Of a stretch of DNA of 64,000 nucleotides, positions 28,623-37,146 are shown piece after piece. Each line of letters opens with the position of its first letter. The stretch's first letter is position 1. The translations under genes and the position numbers were made by a program. A model generated the notes under the pieces. That model was not told the DNA's origin. It worked only from the letters and a program-made list of their open reading frames with translations, and searched no databases. The DNA is taken from the NCBI GenBank assembly GCA_044226625.1, contig JBGAGQ010000003.1, positions 32,001 through 96,000 on the forward strand. The letters run 5' to 3'. Source of the DNA: Thermoanaerobaculia bacterium (GTDB lineage: Bacteria > Acidobacteriota > Thermoanaerobaculia > Multivoradales > UBA5704).

Positions 28623-30396
28623 CGAACCTCACCACCTCTCCGCGGAGCCGCACCGGCTCCGCCACATGCTCGAGAAGCTCGGCCTCGAGCGGCCGACCGT
28701 TCGCGCCGGTCAGCCAATAGTTCAAACCCGCGCTCGCTCTCCCGGCCCCGGCCTCGGAACCGTCGGCGAGAAGCAGCGCCGGAACCCCGCCCGCGAGGCA
28801 GCGCGCCGCGCAATCCCGATGGACCTTCCCCTCTCCGGGGTTCATCACCCCGAGCCAGCATTTGGCATCGGCGATCACCCCGGAGAGGGTCGCCGGTCCC
28901 AGACGCCGGGCGGCCGGAAGCGGCGGCGCATTCCCGCCGAGCGGTTCGATCGATTCCGGTTCGACCTCGATCATCCCGCGTCCGCCCCGCCGAATCAACG
29001 TCCCGCGCAGTCGAATCGCCCGGCCTGCCCAGGAGGAGGCCCAGAGCCTCGCGCCGTGCTTGCCCGGAGCGACCAGAGCGTACCCCGCGCCAGAGACGTC
29101 CGGGTGACGATCGCGAGGCAACACCCAGAGGATCGGGATCGGACCCGCTTGGAGGCGTCCGGAGAAGGTACGCGGCTCCCCGTATTCGAAGCTCGCTCGA
29201 GCGAAAGGCTTCTGCGCCGAGGCCGCCACCAAGCCGACGACGATCGAGAAGACGAGCCAGGCCGCGACGACCATTCGGGTCCGCCGGCCGAGGCGCGGCG
29301 GCAGCGGCTCCTGCCAACCGATGAAGAACTCGGCGGGATCGTCTGGCGCAGCCGCCCGTTCATCGATCGTTGCCGGCTCGACCCGCGTGCCCGGAGGAAG
29401 CACCTCGGGATCGACCAGCACGCGGCCATCGCGGACGACGACCCGAAAGGTCTCGACCTTCTCCTCGAACGGCGGCGGAGAGCTTCCCGAGTCGGGCAGG
29501 TATTGATAGCCGTGCCAGGGACAGGTGATGCAGCCGTCGACGATCTTCCCCTCGCCGAGCGGTCCGTTCTGATGGCGGCAGACGTTCGAGAGGGCGGACA
29601 CCTTGCCGTCATACCGGAAGACCGCGATCCGCTCTCGGCCGACCACCACCACCTTCGCCCGCTTCTCGGGGATCTCGGCCACGGCGCCGACGTCGATCAG
29701 GCTCGAACCGGCGCCGGAGGAGGCGAGCGCCCGGTCGACCCGCTTCTCTTTCAACGCCGCGGTGAGATGGAGTGCGAGGATCGCCGCGCATCCAGCTCCG
29801 ACGAGACCGGCGAGCCACGGATTCCGCTCGTCCTGGAGCGCGCCGAGCGCCACGTGCATCACCAACAGGGCGTAGGCGAAATAGACCCCCATGTGGAGGG
29901 TCTTCCAGACCCGCGGCGTGAGGTTCGCGAGCCAGAAGTCGTGGCTCGTCGCGGCCATCAGGAAGAGGATCACGAGCGCCGCGGCTCCCAACTGCTGGAA
30001 GGGAAAATCGGCGAGGCTCGAGAAACGGGTATTGCTCGCGAGCAGGCTCACGAACGGATTGACGTTGCCCTGGCCGTGGAACTGGCTCAAAGCGAACGTC
30101 CCGTGCGCGAGCCCGAGGCCGAACATCGCGACGCCCAGATGGCGACGGTTGTAGAGCAGCGGGAGAAATCGTCGGTCGAGGCGGCAAAGCGGACCGATCG
30201 CGAGGATCACGTGCAGCAGGAGGAACGCTGCCGTGCCGAGCCCCCGGATTGCCAAGGTTTCGAACGTCGCGTCGGGGAAACGCAACGCGCCGAGGCCCAC
30301 GAACGCGATCAGAAAGAGCGCGATGCCCGCCGCGAGCGCCGCGTCGTAGGCTTTCTTGCGTCCGCTCCAGCCGATCGCGGCGTATCCGGCGCTCAC
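28561..30396 (-). CDS. Ferric-reductase-like TM domain + Rieske [2Fe-2S] + C-terminal Cys/His domain fusion
   Basis: NRRHLG and WKTLHMGVY (heme-b TM domain). CRH...CPWHG (Rieske). After a further TM segment, DAKCWLGVMNPG...HRDCAARCLAGG. Confidence 0.85.
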   Translation of the reverse strand: MSAGYAAIGWSGRKKAYDAALAAGIALFLIAFVGLGALRFPDATFETLAIRGLGTAAFLLLHVILAIGPLCRLDRRFLPLLYNRRHLGVAMFGLGLAHGTFALSQFHGQGNVNPFVSLLASNTRFSSLADFPFQQLGAAALVILFLMAATSHDFWLANLTPRVWKTLHMGVYFAYALLVMHVALGALQDERNPWLAGLVGAGCAAILALHLTAALKEKRVDRALASSGAGSSLIDVGAVAEIPEKRAKVVVVGRERIAVFRYDGKVSALSNVCRHQNGPLGEGKIVDGCITCPWHGYQYLPDSGSSPPPFEEKVETFRVVVRDGRVLVDPEVLPPGTRVEPATIDERAAAPDDPAEFFIGWQEPLPPRLGRRTRMVVAAWLVFSIVVGLVAASAQKPFARASFEYGEPRTFSGRLQAGPIPILWVLPRDRHPDVSGAGYALVAPGKHGARLWASSWAGRAIRLRGTLIRRGGRGMIEVEPESIEPLGGNAPPLPAARRLGPATLSGVIADAKCWLGVMNPGEGKVHRDCAARCLAGGVPALLLADGSEAGAGRASAGLNYWLTGANGRPLEAELLEHVAEPVRLRGEVVRFDDQLVLEVESAGGAGRESRP

Positions 30397-30497
30397 AGGG
30401 CCCTCCGGGCGAGCAGCGCGAGGGCGAAGAGGATCGGCAGCGCGACCGCGAGGGCCAAGAAAATCCGCCGGTGGGCGATGCGCAGCGGCCGGATCAC
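30393..30497 (-). CDS. Small membrane peptide (34 aa)
   Basis: GTG start overlaps the upstream TGA; IRPLRIAHRRIFLALAVALPILFALALLARRAL; stop overlaps the next start. Confidence 0.55.
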   Translation of the reverse strand: MIRPLRIAHRRIFLALAVALPILFALALLARRAL

Positions 30498-30721
30498 GAC
30501 CTGCGCTCCGCCGTCGCCCGCAGCCATTTGCGAGCGAGGACCGGCCAGAGCGCCACGACCCCCGGCGCGATCAGACAACGGAACCCCCACCCCGCGCCGC
30601 GCGCGGCCGGATCGACCCGCTCGATACCGCGCAGAATGAAGGGCACGGCGAAGGCGAGCCCCGCCGCGAGATAGATCGCGACCAGCGAGACGATCCAGCG
30701 CGCCATCGTCTCCGCCAACAC
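30494..30721 (-). CDS. Small two-TM hypothetical membrane protein
   Basis: YLAAGLAFAVPF...VDPAARGAGWGFR...PGVVALWP; tightly packed in the operon. Confidence 0.7.
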   Translation of the reverse strand: MLAETMARWIVSLVAIYLAAGLAFAVPFILRGIERVDPAARGAGWGFRCLIAPGVVALWPVLARKWLRATAERRS

Positions 30722-31747
30722 CTATCCTCCGAAGAAGAACTGGAAAGGGATGTGCGCCCGCATCGACCAGGCCTGTTCGTCGTGCTGGGCGCGAGGGAAG
30801 GCGAGATAGAAAAGATCGTCGCCGGGACGATAGCCGGCGCCGCAGAGGGCATTGCGCATCGCCCGCGTCGGCTCGTAGTTGTCGCGCGGCCAGCCGCTGT
30901 CGAGGTAGATCTTCACGTCCCGTTTCGCCTCGCCCTCGACCCTTTCGTGCAGATCGTCCCGATAGCCGAACGTGCTCGACATGCAGGCGGCATTGCCGAA
31001 CACGTCGGGCCATTGCCAAGCGAGGAAGAACGAAACCACCCCGCCGAGCGACGAGCCCATCACCACCGTGCTCTCGGGCCCCACCCGGGTGCGGTAGGTC
31101 GCGTCCACCCAGGGCTTGACCTCTTCGACCAGATAGCGCCCGTATTCTTCGTATCCCGGCTGAGTGTAGTCGACCATCCGATCGAGCGGGTAGATGCCGA
31201 CCACGATCGCTTTTTGCACCAGGTTCATCTGGTCGAGCACCCGGAGCGTCTCCTCGACCCGCCAGTGCTGGCCGCCGAACGCCTCCTCGGCGAAGAACAG
31301 GTTCTGACCGTCCTGCATGTAGAGGACCGGATAGCGCGCCAGGGAGTTTTCGCCGTAACCGGGGGGAAGGAAGACGCGCAGCGGATGATTCCGCTCGTGC
31401 GCGCCGGTTGGGACGTGCTGGATCGAGCAGACGCTGCAGGTCGCGTCGGCGAAGAAGTATGGATAGACGTCGCGCTCGGCCGGATCGTCCTCGAGTGCGA
31501 GGTAGTTTTCACCCTGCGACCAGACGATCTCGTCACCGCGCCGAAGCACCGGCTTCCAGTAACGGAACGTCGAATCGAGCGCTAGCGGGAAATCGAAGCG
31601 CGTCCCGTCCTCCGAAACCGAGGCGGGGGCGACGTCCCGGTCCCAATCGACGTCGGTGCGAAGGGCCAGACGATAGCTCTCCCCCGCCCCGTCCGGATCG
31701 AGGTCCGCGAGCGGGTATTGGACATGAAGGGTCACGGTATGGGTCAT
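30722..31747 (-). CDS. Alpha/beta-hydrolase (esterase family)
   Basis: LPPGY...YPVLYMQDGQNLF, nucleophile GSSLGG, HDEQAW. Confidence 0.9.
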   Translation of the reverse strand: MTHTVTLHVQYPLADLDPDGAGESYRLALRTDVDWDRDVAPASVSEDGTRFDFPLALDSTFRYWKPVLRRGDEIVWSQGENYLALEDDPAERDVYPYFFADATCSVCSIQHVPTGAHERNHPLRVFLPPGYGENSLARYPVLYMQDGQNLFFAEEAFGGQHWRVEETLRVLDQMNLVQKAIVVGIYPLDRMVDYTQPGYEEYGRYLVEEVKPWVDATYRTRVGPESTVVMGSSLGGVVSFFLAWQWPDVFGNAACMSSTFGYRDDLHERVEGEAKRDVKIYLDSGWPRDNYEPTRAMRNALCGAGYRPGDDLFYLAFPRAQHDEQAWSMRAHIPFQFFFGG

Positions 31748-31853
31748 CGAAGGTCTCCTCGGAAGACAGGCTCACACGATCTCGAACCGATCCTGTGCCG
31801 GTCCGAGCCTTTCGGTTACCGGGCTGACTCGCAACGTGCGCACAACCCATAGA

Positions 31854-32615
31854 ATGACTATCCTCTTGAGGCTCTGTCGCCCCTTTCTCCGCCCCGCGCT
31901 CGACGTGTTGCGCGGTCTCGACCGTCTGCTCGACGGCGGCCTTCCGGCGTTGGCGAAGGTCTTCCTCGGCCTCGCCCTCGGATGGTGGATCTACGTGCCG
32001 GTCCACGAGCTGCTCCATGCCGCCGCCTGCGTGGCCTTCGGCGGCTCGGTCGAGCGCCTGGAGATCGACGGAGCCTACGGAGGGGCCCTGCTGGCCAAGG
32101 TCTTCCCGTTCGTCGTCTCGGGCAGCGAATACGCCGGACGCCTTTCGGGGTTCGACACGAACGGAAGCGATCTCGTCTATCTCGCGACCGATCTCGGCCC
32201 CTTCCTCCTCGCGCTCTGGCCGGGCGTCTGGCTGCTCCGCCGAGCGGTCTCCCGACGTCGCGCCCTGCTGTTCGGCCTGAGCCTACCCTTCGCGCTCGCG
32301 CCGTTCCTTTCGCTCCCCGGAGACGCCTACGAGATCGGCTCGATCGTCGCGACGCGCCTTCCTCCTTGGTGCGAAGCGGCGACCCTCGCGCTACTCCGCG
32401 GCGACGACGCGATTCGCAAGCTCGGCGAGTTGCGCGCCGCGTCGTCTCCTTCGATTTGGACGGGATACGGCTTCGCGCTCGTGCTGGGCTTCCTGTGGGC
32501 CGAAGCGACGTACGCGCTCGGCGGGTCGATCGCGGGCCGCTTCGGTGAAGAGGCGGTCGAAGCGCGTTCGGTTGGGCCCAAAGCGGGGGCCGAAGAAGGT
32601 CCGAGCCCCGGATGA
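31854..32615 (+). CDS. Membrane protein with HExxH motif (putative intramembrane zinc peptidase-like)
   Basis: YVPVHELLHA in a hydrophobic context, several TM segments, PGDAYE. Confidence 0.65.
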   Translation: MTILLRLCRPFLRPALDVLRGLDRLLDGGLPALAKVFLGLALGWWIYVPVHELLHAAACVAFGGSVERLEIDGAYGGALLAKVFPFVVSGSEYAGRLSGFDTNGSDLVYLATDLGPFLLALWPGVWLLRRAVSRRRALLFGLSLPFALAPFLSLPGDAYEIGSIVATRLPPWCEAATLALLRGDDAIRKLGELRAASSPSIWTGYGFALVLGFLWAEATYALGGSIAGRFGEEAVEARSVGPKAGAEEGPSPG

Positions 32616-32636
32616 ATAGGAAGGCAAATTTCCCCG

Positions 32637-32665
32637 TTGACAAGCAGTGGGAACGGGCGTAGTTT
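32637..32665 (+). promoter_or_regulatory. Sigma70-type promoter
   Basis: TTGACA (32637-32642), 17 bp spacer, TAGTTT (32660-32665). Confidence 0.7.
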
Positions 32666-32671
32666 GATCTC

Positions 32672-32907
32672 GTAACGAACGTCCTAGGAGGGCTCGATGA
32701 CCACTCCACCGGACCAGAAAAAGCTCCCGCGGTCGAGGTAATTCGGGTTCTCGATCTCGGGAGCGAGCCGCTCGGCTGCGGCGTGCGCTAACGCGAAAAC
32801 TGGATCGAATGCCCGATTCCAGGCCGACATCGCGAAGCAAGCGAAAGCCAACGCGCCCGGCGCGAACGACGGGAAGGCGAACCGAATCGCCTTCCCGTTT
32901 TGCTTTT
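32672..32907 (+). ncRNA. Candidate structured small RNA (unassigned family), possibly carrying a 14-codon ORF
   Basis: Bounded by the promoter and an intrinsic terminator. Multiple hairpins. AGGAGG followed by ATG 32697-32741 (MTTPPDQKKLPRSR). Confidence 0.5.
32869..32907 (+). terminator. Rho-independent terminator
   Basis: ACGGGAAGGCGA-accgaa-TCGCCTTCCCGT followed by TTTGCTTTT. Confidence 0.85.
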
Positions 32908-33054
32908 AGATTTCTATTGCATTTTTCGGAATCGGTTTTACATTTCTGAGGCCGGCTCCGGACTCGAGCCCTGATCGCCGGACCGCTCCCCCGCCCTGGC
33001 AGGGGAAAGCGGCGGCCGTCGTCCGGTTCCGGTGTGCATGCGGCGTCTTCCTGT

Positions 33055-34179
33055 CTAACGCCGTTTCGACTCGTCGGTCGAAAGCTTCTCCCAATCCCCT
33101 TCCGGTGCATCCAAGGCGATCGCGAGTCCGCCGTCCGAGCCGACATAGATGGGATCGCGCACCACCCGGACTTTGCCACCACCCACCGCCTGCAGCTCGC
33201 GCTCGAGGCGAGGCCCGAGACCCCGGATCAAGCCGGTGCCGCCGGAGAGGACGACGTTCTGGCGCACCCGCTCCTGGTATTCGGGATCCACCCGGCTCAA
33301 AAGATCGAACATCGACTCGACGAGCGGCGGCAGGAGCGTCTCGCACGCCTGGCGCATCTCCGCCGTGATGTCGATCCTCGTCGGCTTGCCGGCGACCGGC
33401 GCGGTGACCAGGATCGGCGCGAGCGGCTCGCCGACGAAGCTCCCTTCCTCTTTCCAACCGCGGACCATGTGCAGCGAGATGCTCGCCTGCGGATGGCGCT
33501 CTCGGATCAGGCGGAACAGTTGCTCGTCGATCGAATCTCCCGCCTGGGTAAGGGTCCGCTGGTCGTCCTCCGTCGGCAGGCGCCCCTTCATCACGCAGAT
33601 GTCGGTCGTGCCCGCGCCGATGTCGATGATCATCGTATGGAGGAGCTCCTCGAGCCCGTAGGCGACGGCAAACGGCTCCGAGACGATCAGGAGACTGTCG
33701 GCGATCCCTTGCATGGCCTTGCGCACCTGCTGCTTGTTGACCCGCAGCGCTTCGGCCGGCACGCCGACGACGGCACGGACGTGGAAGCTCGAGCGCTCGG
33801 CCGGGTCGACTCCGGCTAACTGGACGAGATGGCGCAGCAGCTCGCGCACCGCCGCTTCGTCTTTTTCCGAGCCGTCCTTGATCAGCCCCTCTTCGAGCGG
33901 CCGATGCAGGTCGAGCATGGTCCGCTGCTCGAGGGCCTCGCGGCCGATCAGCACGCTCTTCTTGAGCACCTTGCGGGCGACCATGTCGAGCGGCCAACCG
34001 ACGTAGCTTTCGACCACGTGGCGCTGGCCGTTGGAGGCGGAGATCGAGCTCCGGGAGGTGCCGAGGTCGATCCCGACGTGAAGGGCTTGCCGGTCGCCCG
34101 GTTTGCCGCTCGGTCGCTCGCTGGATGGGTCGCTCGGTGGGCGTTCGCTCGGTCGGTCGCTCGAAGGGCGGTCGCTCAT
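33055..34179 (-). CDS. MamK-like actin-family ATPase
   Basis: VGIDLGTSRSS, SYVGWPLDMVARKVL, IVSEPFAVAYGL, IIDIGAGTTDIC, AGDSID, LSGGTGLIRGL. Start MSDRP at 34179. Confidence 0.82.
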   Translation of the reverse strand: MSDRPSSDRPSERPPSDPSSERPSGKPGDRQALHVGIDLGTSRSSISASNGQRHVVESYVGWPLDMVARKVLKKSVLIGREALEQRTMLDLHRPLEEGLIKDGSEKDEAAVRELLRHLVQLAGVDPAERSSFHVRAVVGVPAEALRVNKQQVRKAMQGIADSLLIVSEPFAVAYGLEELLHTMIIDIGAGTTDICVMKGRLPTEDDQRTLTQAGDSIDEQLFRLIRERHPQASISLHMVRGWKEEGSFVGEPLAPILVTAPVAGKPTRIDITAEMRQACETLLPPLVESMFDLLSRVDPEYQERVRQNVVLSGGTGLIRGLGPRLERELQAVGGGKVRVVRDPIYVGSDGGLAIALDAPEGDWEKLSTDESKRR

Positions 34180-34186
34180 GAGGGGG

Positions 34187-35206
34187 TCAGGGTCCTTTCT
34201 CCGTGGCGCTCTCGGCGGCCAGGGCGTAACGGCGCACGCCGCGCGCGAGCGCTTCGGCGATGTATTGGCGGTAAAGGGGCTTCGCGAGCAGCTCGGCCTC
34301 GGTCGGGTTCGAGAGCGAAGAAACCTCGGCGAGCACCGCCGGCATCTCGGTCGACACGAGGACCAGGAAGGGGGCGGTCTTGACGCCTCGGTCGGAGAGG
34401 CCTCCGCCGGACGCGCCGACCGCCGCGGAGGCGCGCGACAGAGAGCTGAACAGGGAGGCGTCGATCGACTCGGCGAGGCGCCGCGAGCTCCCCTGCCGAG
34501 CGCCGGCGTAGACCTGGTCGAGCAGCCGGCGAAAATCGGCGACGGCGTACCCGGAGTCCCGGTTTTCGAGCGCCGCGAGGCGATCGAGCTCCGGATCGTC
34601 GGTCGGTCCGAGATAGTAGGTCTCGACCCCTCGCGTGTTGCCACCGGCGATCCAGTTGAGGTGGATCGAGACGAAGAGATCGGCCCGCGCCTGGTTTGCG
34701 ATCCGCGCGCGATCGCGCAACGAAACGGCCCGATCGTCCTGCCGGGTCATCACGACCTCGAAGGAGGAGGCCGCCAGAAGGCGCTCGAGTCGGCGGCCGA
34801 TGTCGAGCGTGACGTCTTTCTCATAGAGGCCGGTGGCGGCGCGGGTTCCCACCGACGAGCCGCCGTGACCCGGGTCGATCGCGATCTTTCGCACCGCAAG
34901 GGGGAAGACCGACGGATCGATCGGGCGCGGCGCCGACTTTCGAACGTTCTCTGCGACCTCGGGTACGTCGCCCGGCGCGCTCATCGCGACCGAGGCGGTC
35001 GGCGCGACGGGCATCAGCGCGGGAGCGAAGAGGCGGGACGACGCGAGCAACGCCACGGGGAGGAGGGCGAGGGCGAGCAACGAGCTCCCCAAGCGGAGGC
35101 GGCGGCTCCGTTTGAGGGTCTTGTGGGGCGTCCCCCTCACCAGCTCGACGTTCTGATCGACGAGCTCGCGCAGCAAACGCTGCTTTAAGCGATCGACGCG
35201 GGCCAT
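34187..35206 (-). CDS. N-acetylmuramoyl-L-alanine amidase (Amidase_3), membrane-anchored
   Basis: IAIDPGHGG, YEKDVTL, LFVSIHLN, MPAVLAEV; one N-terminal TM segment. Confidence 0.93.
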   Translation of the reverse strand: MARVDRLKQRLLRELVDQNVELVRGTPHKTLKRSRRLRLGSSLLALALLPVALLASSRLFAPALMPVAPTASVAMSAPGDVPEVAENVRKSAPRPIDPSVFPLAVRKIAIDPGHGGSSVGTRAATGLYEKDVTLDIGRRLERLLAASSFEVVMTRQDDRAVSLRDRARIANQARADLFVSIHLNWIAGGNTRGVETYYLGPTDDPELDRLAALENRDSGYAVADFRRLLDQVYAGARQGSSRRLAESIDASLFSSLSRASAAVGASGGGLSDRGVKTAPFLVLVSTEMPAVLAEVSSLSNPTEAELLAKPLYRQYIAEALARGVRRYALAAESATEKGP

Positions 35207-35363
35207 ACGGCGCTTCCCTGCCTCGGCGTCTCCCGGCCAGCTCCTCGGGCGCCGATGCGGCCGCGAAGATCCTCGCGCGCTCGTCGACCCCTGCGAACCG
35301 GGAAAAGAGGGGCGAATCTTACTACTACCCGACTCCTTTGTACGGACCCGTTTGCCGGTCCGA

Positions 35364-37022
35364 CTACTTCGGGCCCAACCGGATCACCAGGTCGCTGCCC
35401 GAGACGCTCACGCTCTTGGCGAAGATCTCCGCACCGGCGAGGTCGAAGACCACGTGCAGCTCGTCCGGGCTGTGGTACCCGATTCGGATCTGCGTCAGCT
35501 CGGGGGTCCCTCCCGCCACTTTGGTCGCCGAATAGGCGTGGCGGATTCCCTTCAAGCGCACCAGCTCCCGCGGCGACCCGGTGTCGATCCGGAAATGGGC
35601 GAAGTTCGACGAGCGGATGATGCCGTCGCCTCGAAGCACCACTTCCGTCTCGCCCGCCAGGGCACGAACCGACACCGATCGAAGCTCGGACAACACCGGC
35701 CGCGGAGCTTCCGCGGCGGGCTCCGCGGTCTTGGCAGGGATGGCGGGGACGGGAGTTGAGGGCGCGCCGGAAGTGGGCGGCAGAGTCGTCGCACCGGGCT
35801 TCGCGGGGGCCGGGGTGGTGGCAGCACTCGGCGCGGCCTCCGGCTTCAAACCGTCCGCCGGCGCCGGCATGGGAGTCTCGGTGGGGGGACTCGCTCCCTG
35901 GGCATTCGGCCCCGGCGGAGCGGCCCCCGCGGCGGAATCGGGCGCGCCTGCGACGGGGCCTCCTGGGCTGGCCGGACCCGCCGCGCCCGGCAAGCTTCGG
36001 TACATCGGCTTCCGCTCCGGATTGGCAAAGGCGGCGGGGAGCGGCTCGGGATCGGACTCGCCGAAGAAGTCGTCCCACCACAGGTCTTTGACCCGCCAGG
36101 CGGCGACGCCTCCCAAGAGGAGCGCGAGAAAGAGGGAAGCCGCGAACCAACGCAGCGGACGCCTCCTCTTCCTCTGCACGCGAGCCGCCGGCTCGGGCGG
36201 GATCAGGGCCCCGGTCGTCGTCGAGGCGGTATCGTCGAGCAGCGAAGGGATCGGCCGGAGCGGCACCTCCGGCGGCGGCGCGAGGATCGGCGTCTTACCG
36301 GCCCAGCTGCGCTCGAGCGGGGGCGGCAGCTCGGGAGGGGGGATCGGCACTGCCGCGGGCGGGGCCGTCTGGGGCAAGGACGGGGGCACGGCGAGCTCGG
36401 GAAAGCGGGCCGCAGGAGCCCGATCCCCTGCGGCCGGCGGACCGCTGCGCGGATCGGTGGTCGGTCGGCTCGCGCGCTCCGCGCCTTCGGCCTCGTCGAC
36501 GCTCGCGGCCGCCTCCTCGAAAAGCCGCAGCAGCCGGTCGGCGTCTCGAATCGGCGGCTCCTGCGGCGCGGGCCGCGCCAGCGGTGGCACGGGGGGCGTC
36601 GTCGGTTTCGGCAGGGTGGCCACCGACGGCGTCGAAGGCGGAATCGGCGGCGAGGGATCGAAGGGGACGCCGCCCGATTGGACGTGGCGGTCGACAACTT
36701 TGTAGATCAGCTCCTTGGCCTGGGGGGTCAGCTCGAGGAAGCGCAGCCCCATCCCGGAAATCTGCGAGGCGTCCGGCGCCGGATCACGGGTCCAGACGAC
36801 CTCGCCCCTCCCTTTGATCAGCTCGAAACCGTCCCCCAGACGGAACTCGAAGTCGACCAGGGTGCCCACGGGCGCGGGCTGCTCGGTTCGAATGAAGATC
36901 CCGCCGGGCGAGATGTTCGCGGAGAACTCGCTGATGAAGCCGCTGAACTTCTCGAACTTGAGCTGAACCCGCGTCTCCAACGGTACCCGTCGGGAGTCGC
37001 GAGGAATCGAAGGATCGAGCAT
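35364..37022 (-). CDS. PilZ/TIGR02266-like domain + Pro-rich linker + TM + AMIN-like domain protein
   Basis: RDSRRVP...NISPGGIFI...GMGLRF (PilZ-like), a TM helix, and C-terminal SPRELVRL...QIRIGYH...LHVVFDL (AMIN-like). Confidence 0.8.
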   Translation of the reverse strand: MLDPSIPRDSRRVPLETRVQLKFEKFSGFISEFSANISPGGIFIRTEQPAPVGTLVDFEFRLGDGFELIKGRGEVVWTRDPAPDASQISGMGLRFLELTPQAKELIYKVVDRHVQSGGVPFDPSPPIPPSTPSVATLPKPTTPPVPPLARPAPQEPPIRDADRLLRLFEEAAASVDEAEGAERASRPTTDPRSGPPAAGDRAPAARFPELAVPPSLPQTAPPAAVPIPPPELPPPLERSWAGKTPILAPPPEVPLRPIPSLLDDTASTTTGALIPPEPAARVQRKRRRPLRWFAASLFLALLLGGVAAWRVKDLWWDDFFGESDPEPLPAAFANPERKPMYRSLPGAAGPASPGGPVAGAPDSAAGAAPPGPNAQGASPPTETPMPAPADGLKPEAAPSAATTPAPAKPGATTLPPTSGAPSTPVPAIPAKTAEPAAEAPRPVLSELRSVSVRALAGETEVVLRGDGIIRSSNFAHFRIDTGSPRELVRLKGIRHAYSATKVAGGTPELTQIRIGYHSPDELHVVFDLAGAEIFAKSVSVSGSDLVIRLGPK

Positions 37023-37146
37023 CGCCGCCGTACCTCACCGCCGGACGGGCTGGCCGACCGGACGCCTTCGTGAACGCTGGTGAACGGCGAGGATCATAGC
37101 AGGGCGGGGGCGACCGCGGGCCGCCGCCCCCAACCCCGCCCGGAGG

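Noticed and set aside
32686-32712. tRNA/tmRNA-like 3' end (GGGCTCGATGACCACTCCACC)
   Set aside because: No canonical TTCGA T-loop, no CCA end, and no matching acceptor stem or tag reading frame.
33055-34179. Magnetosome island
   Set aside because: Only a MamK-like actin is present, with no mamA/B/E/M/Q-like genes in the window. LemA at 49383 looks like an ordinary LemA, 15 kb away.
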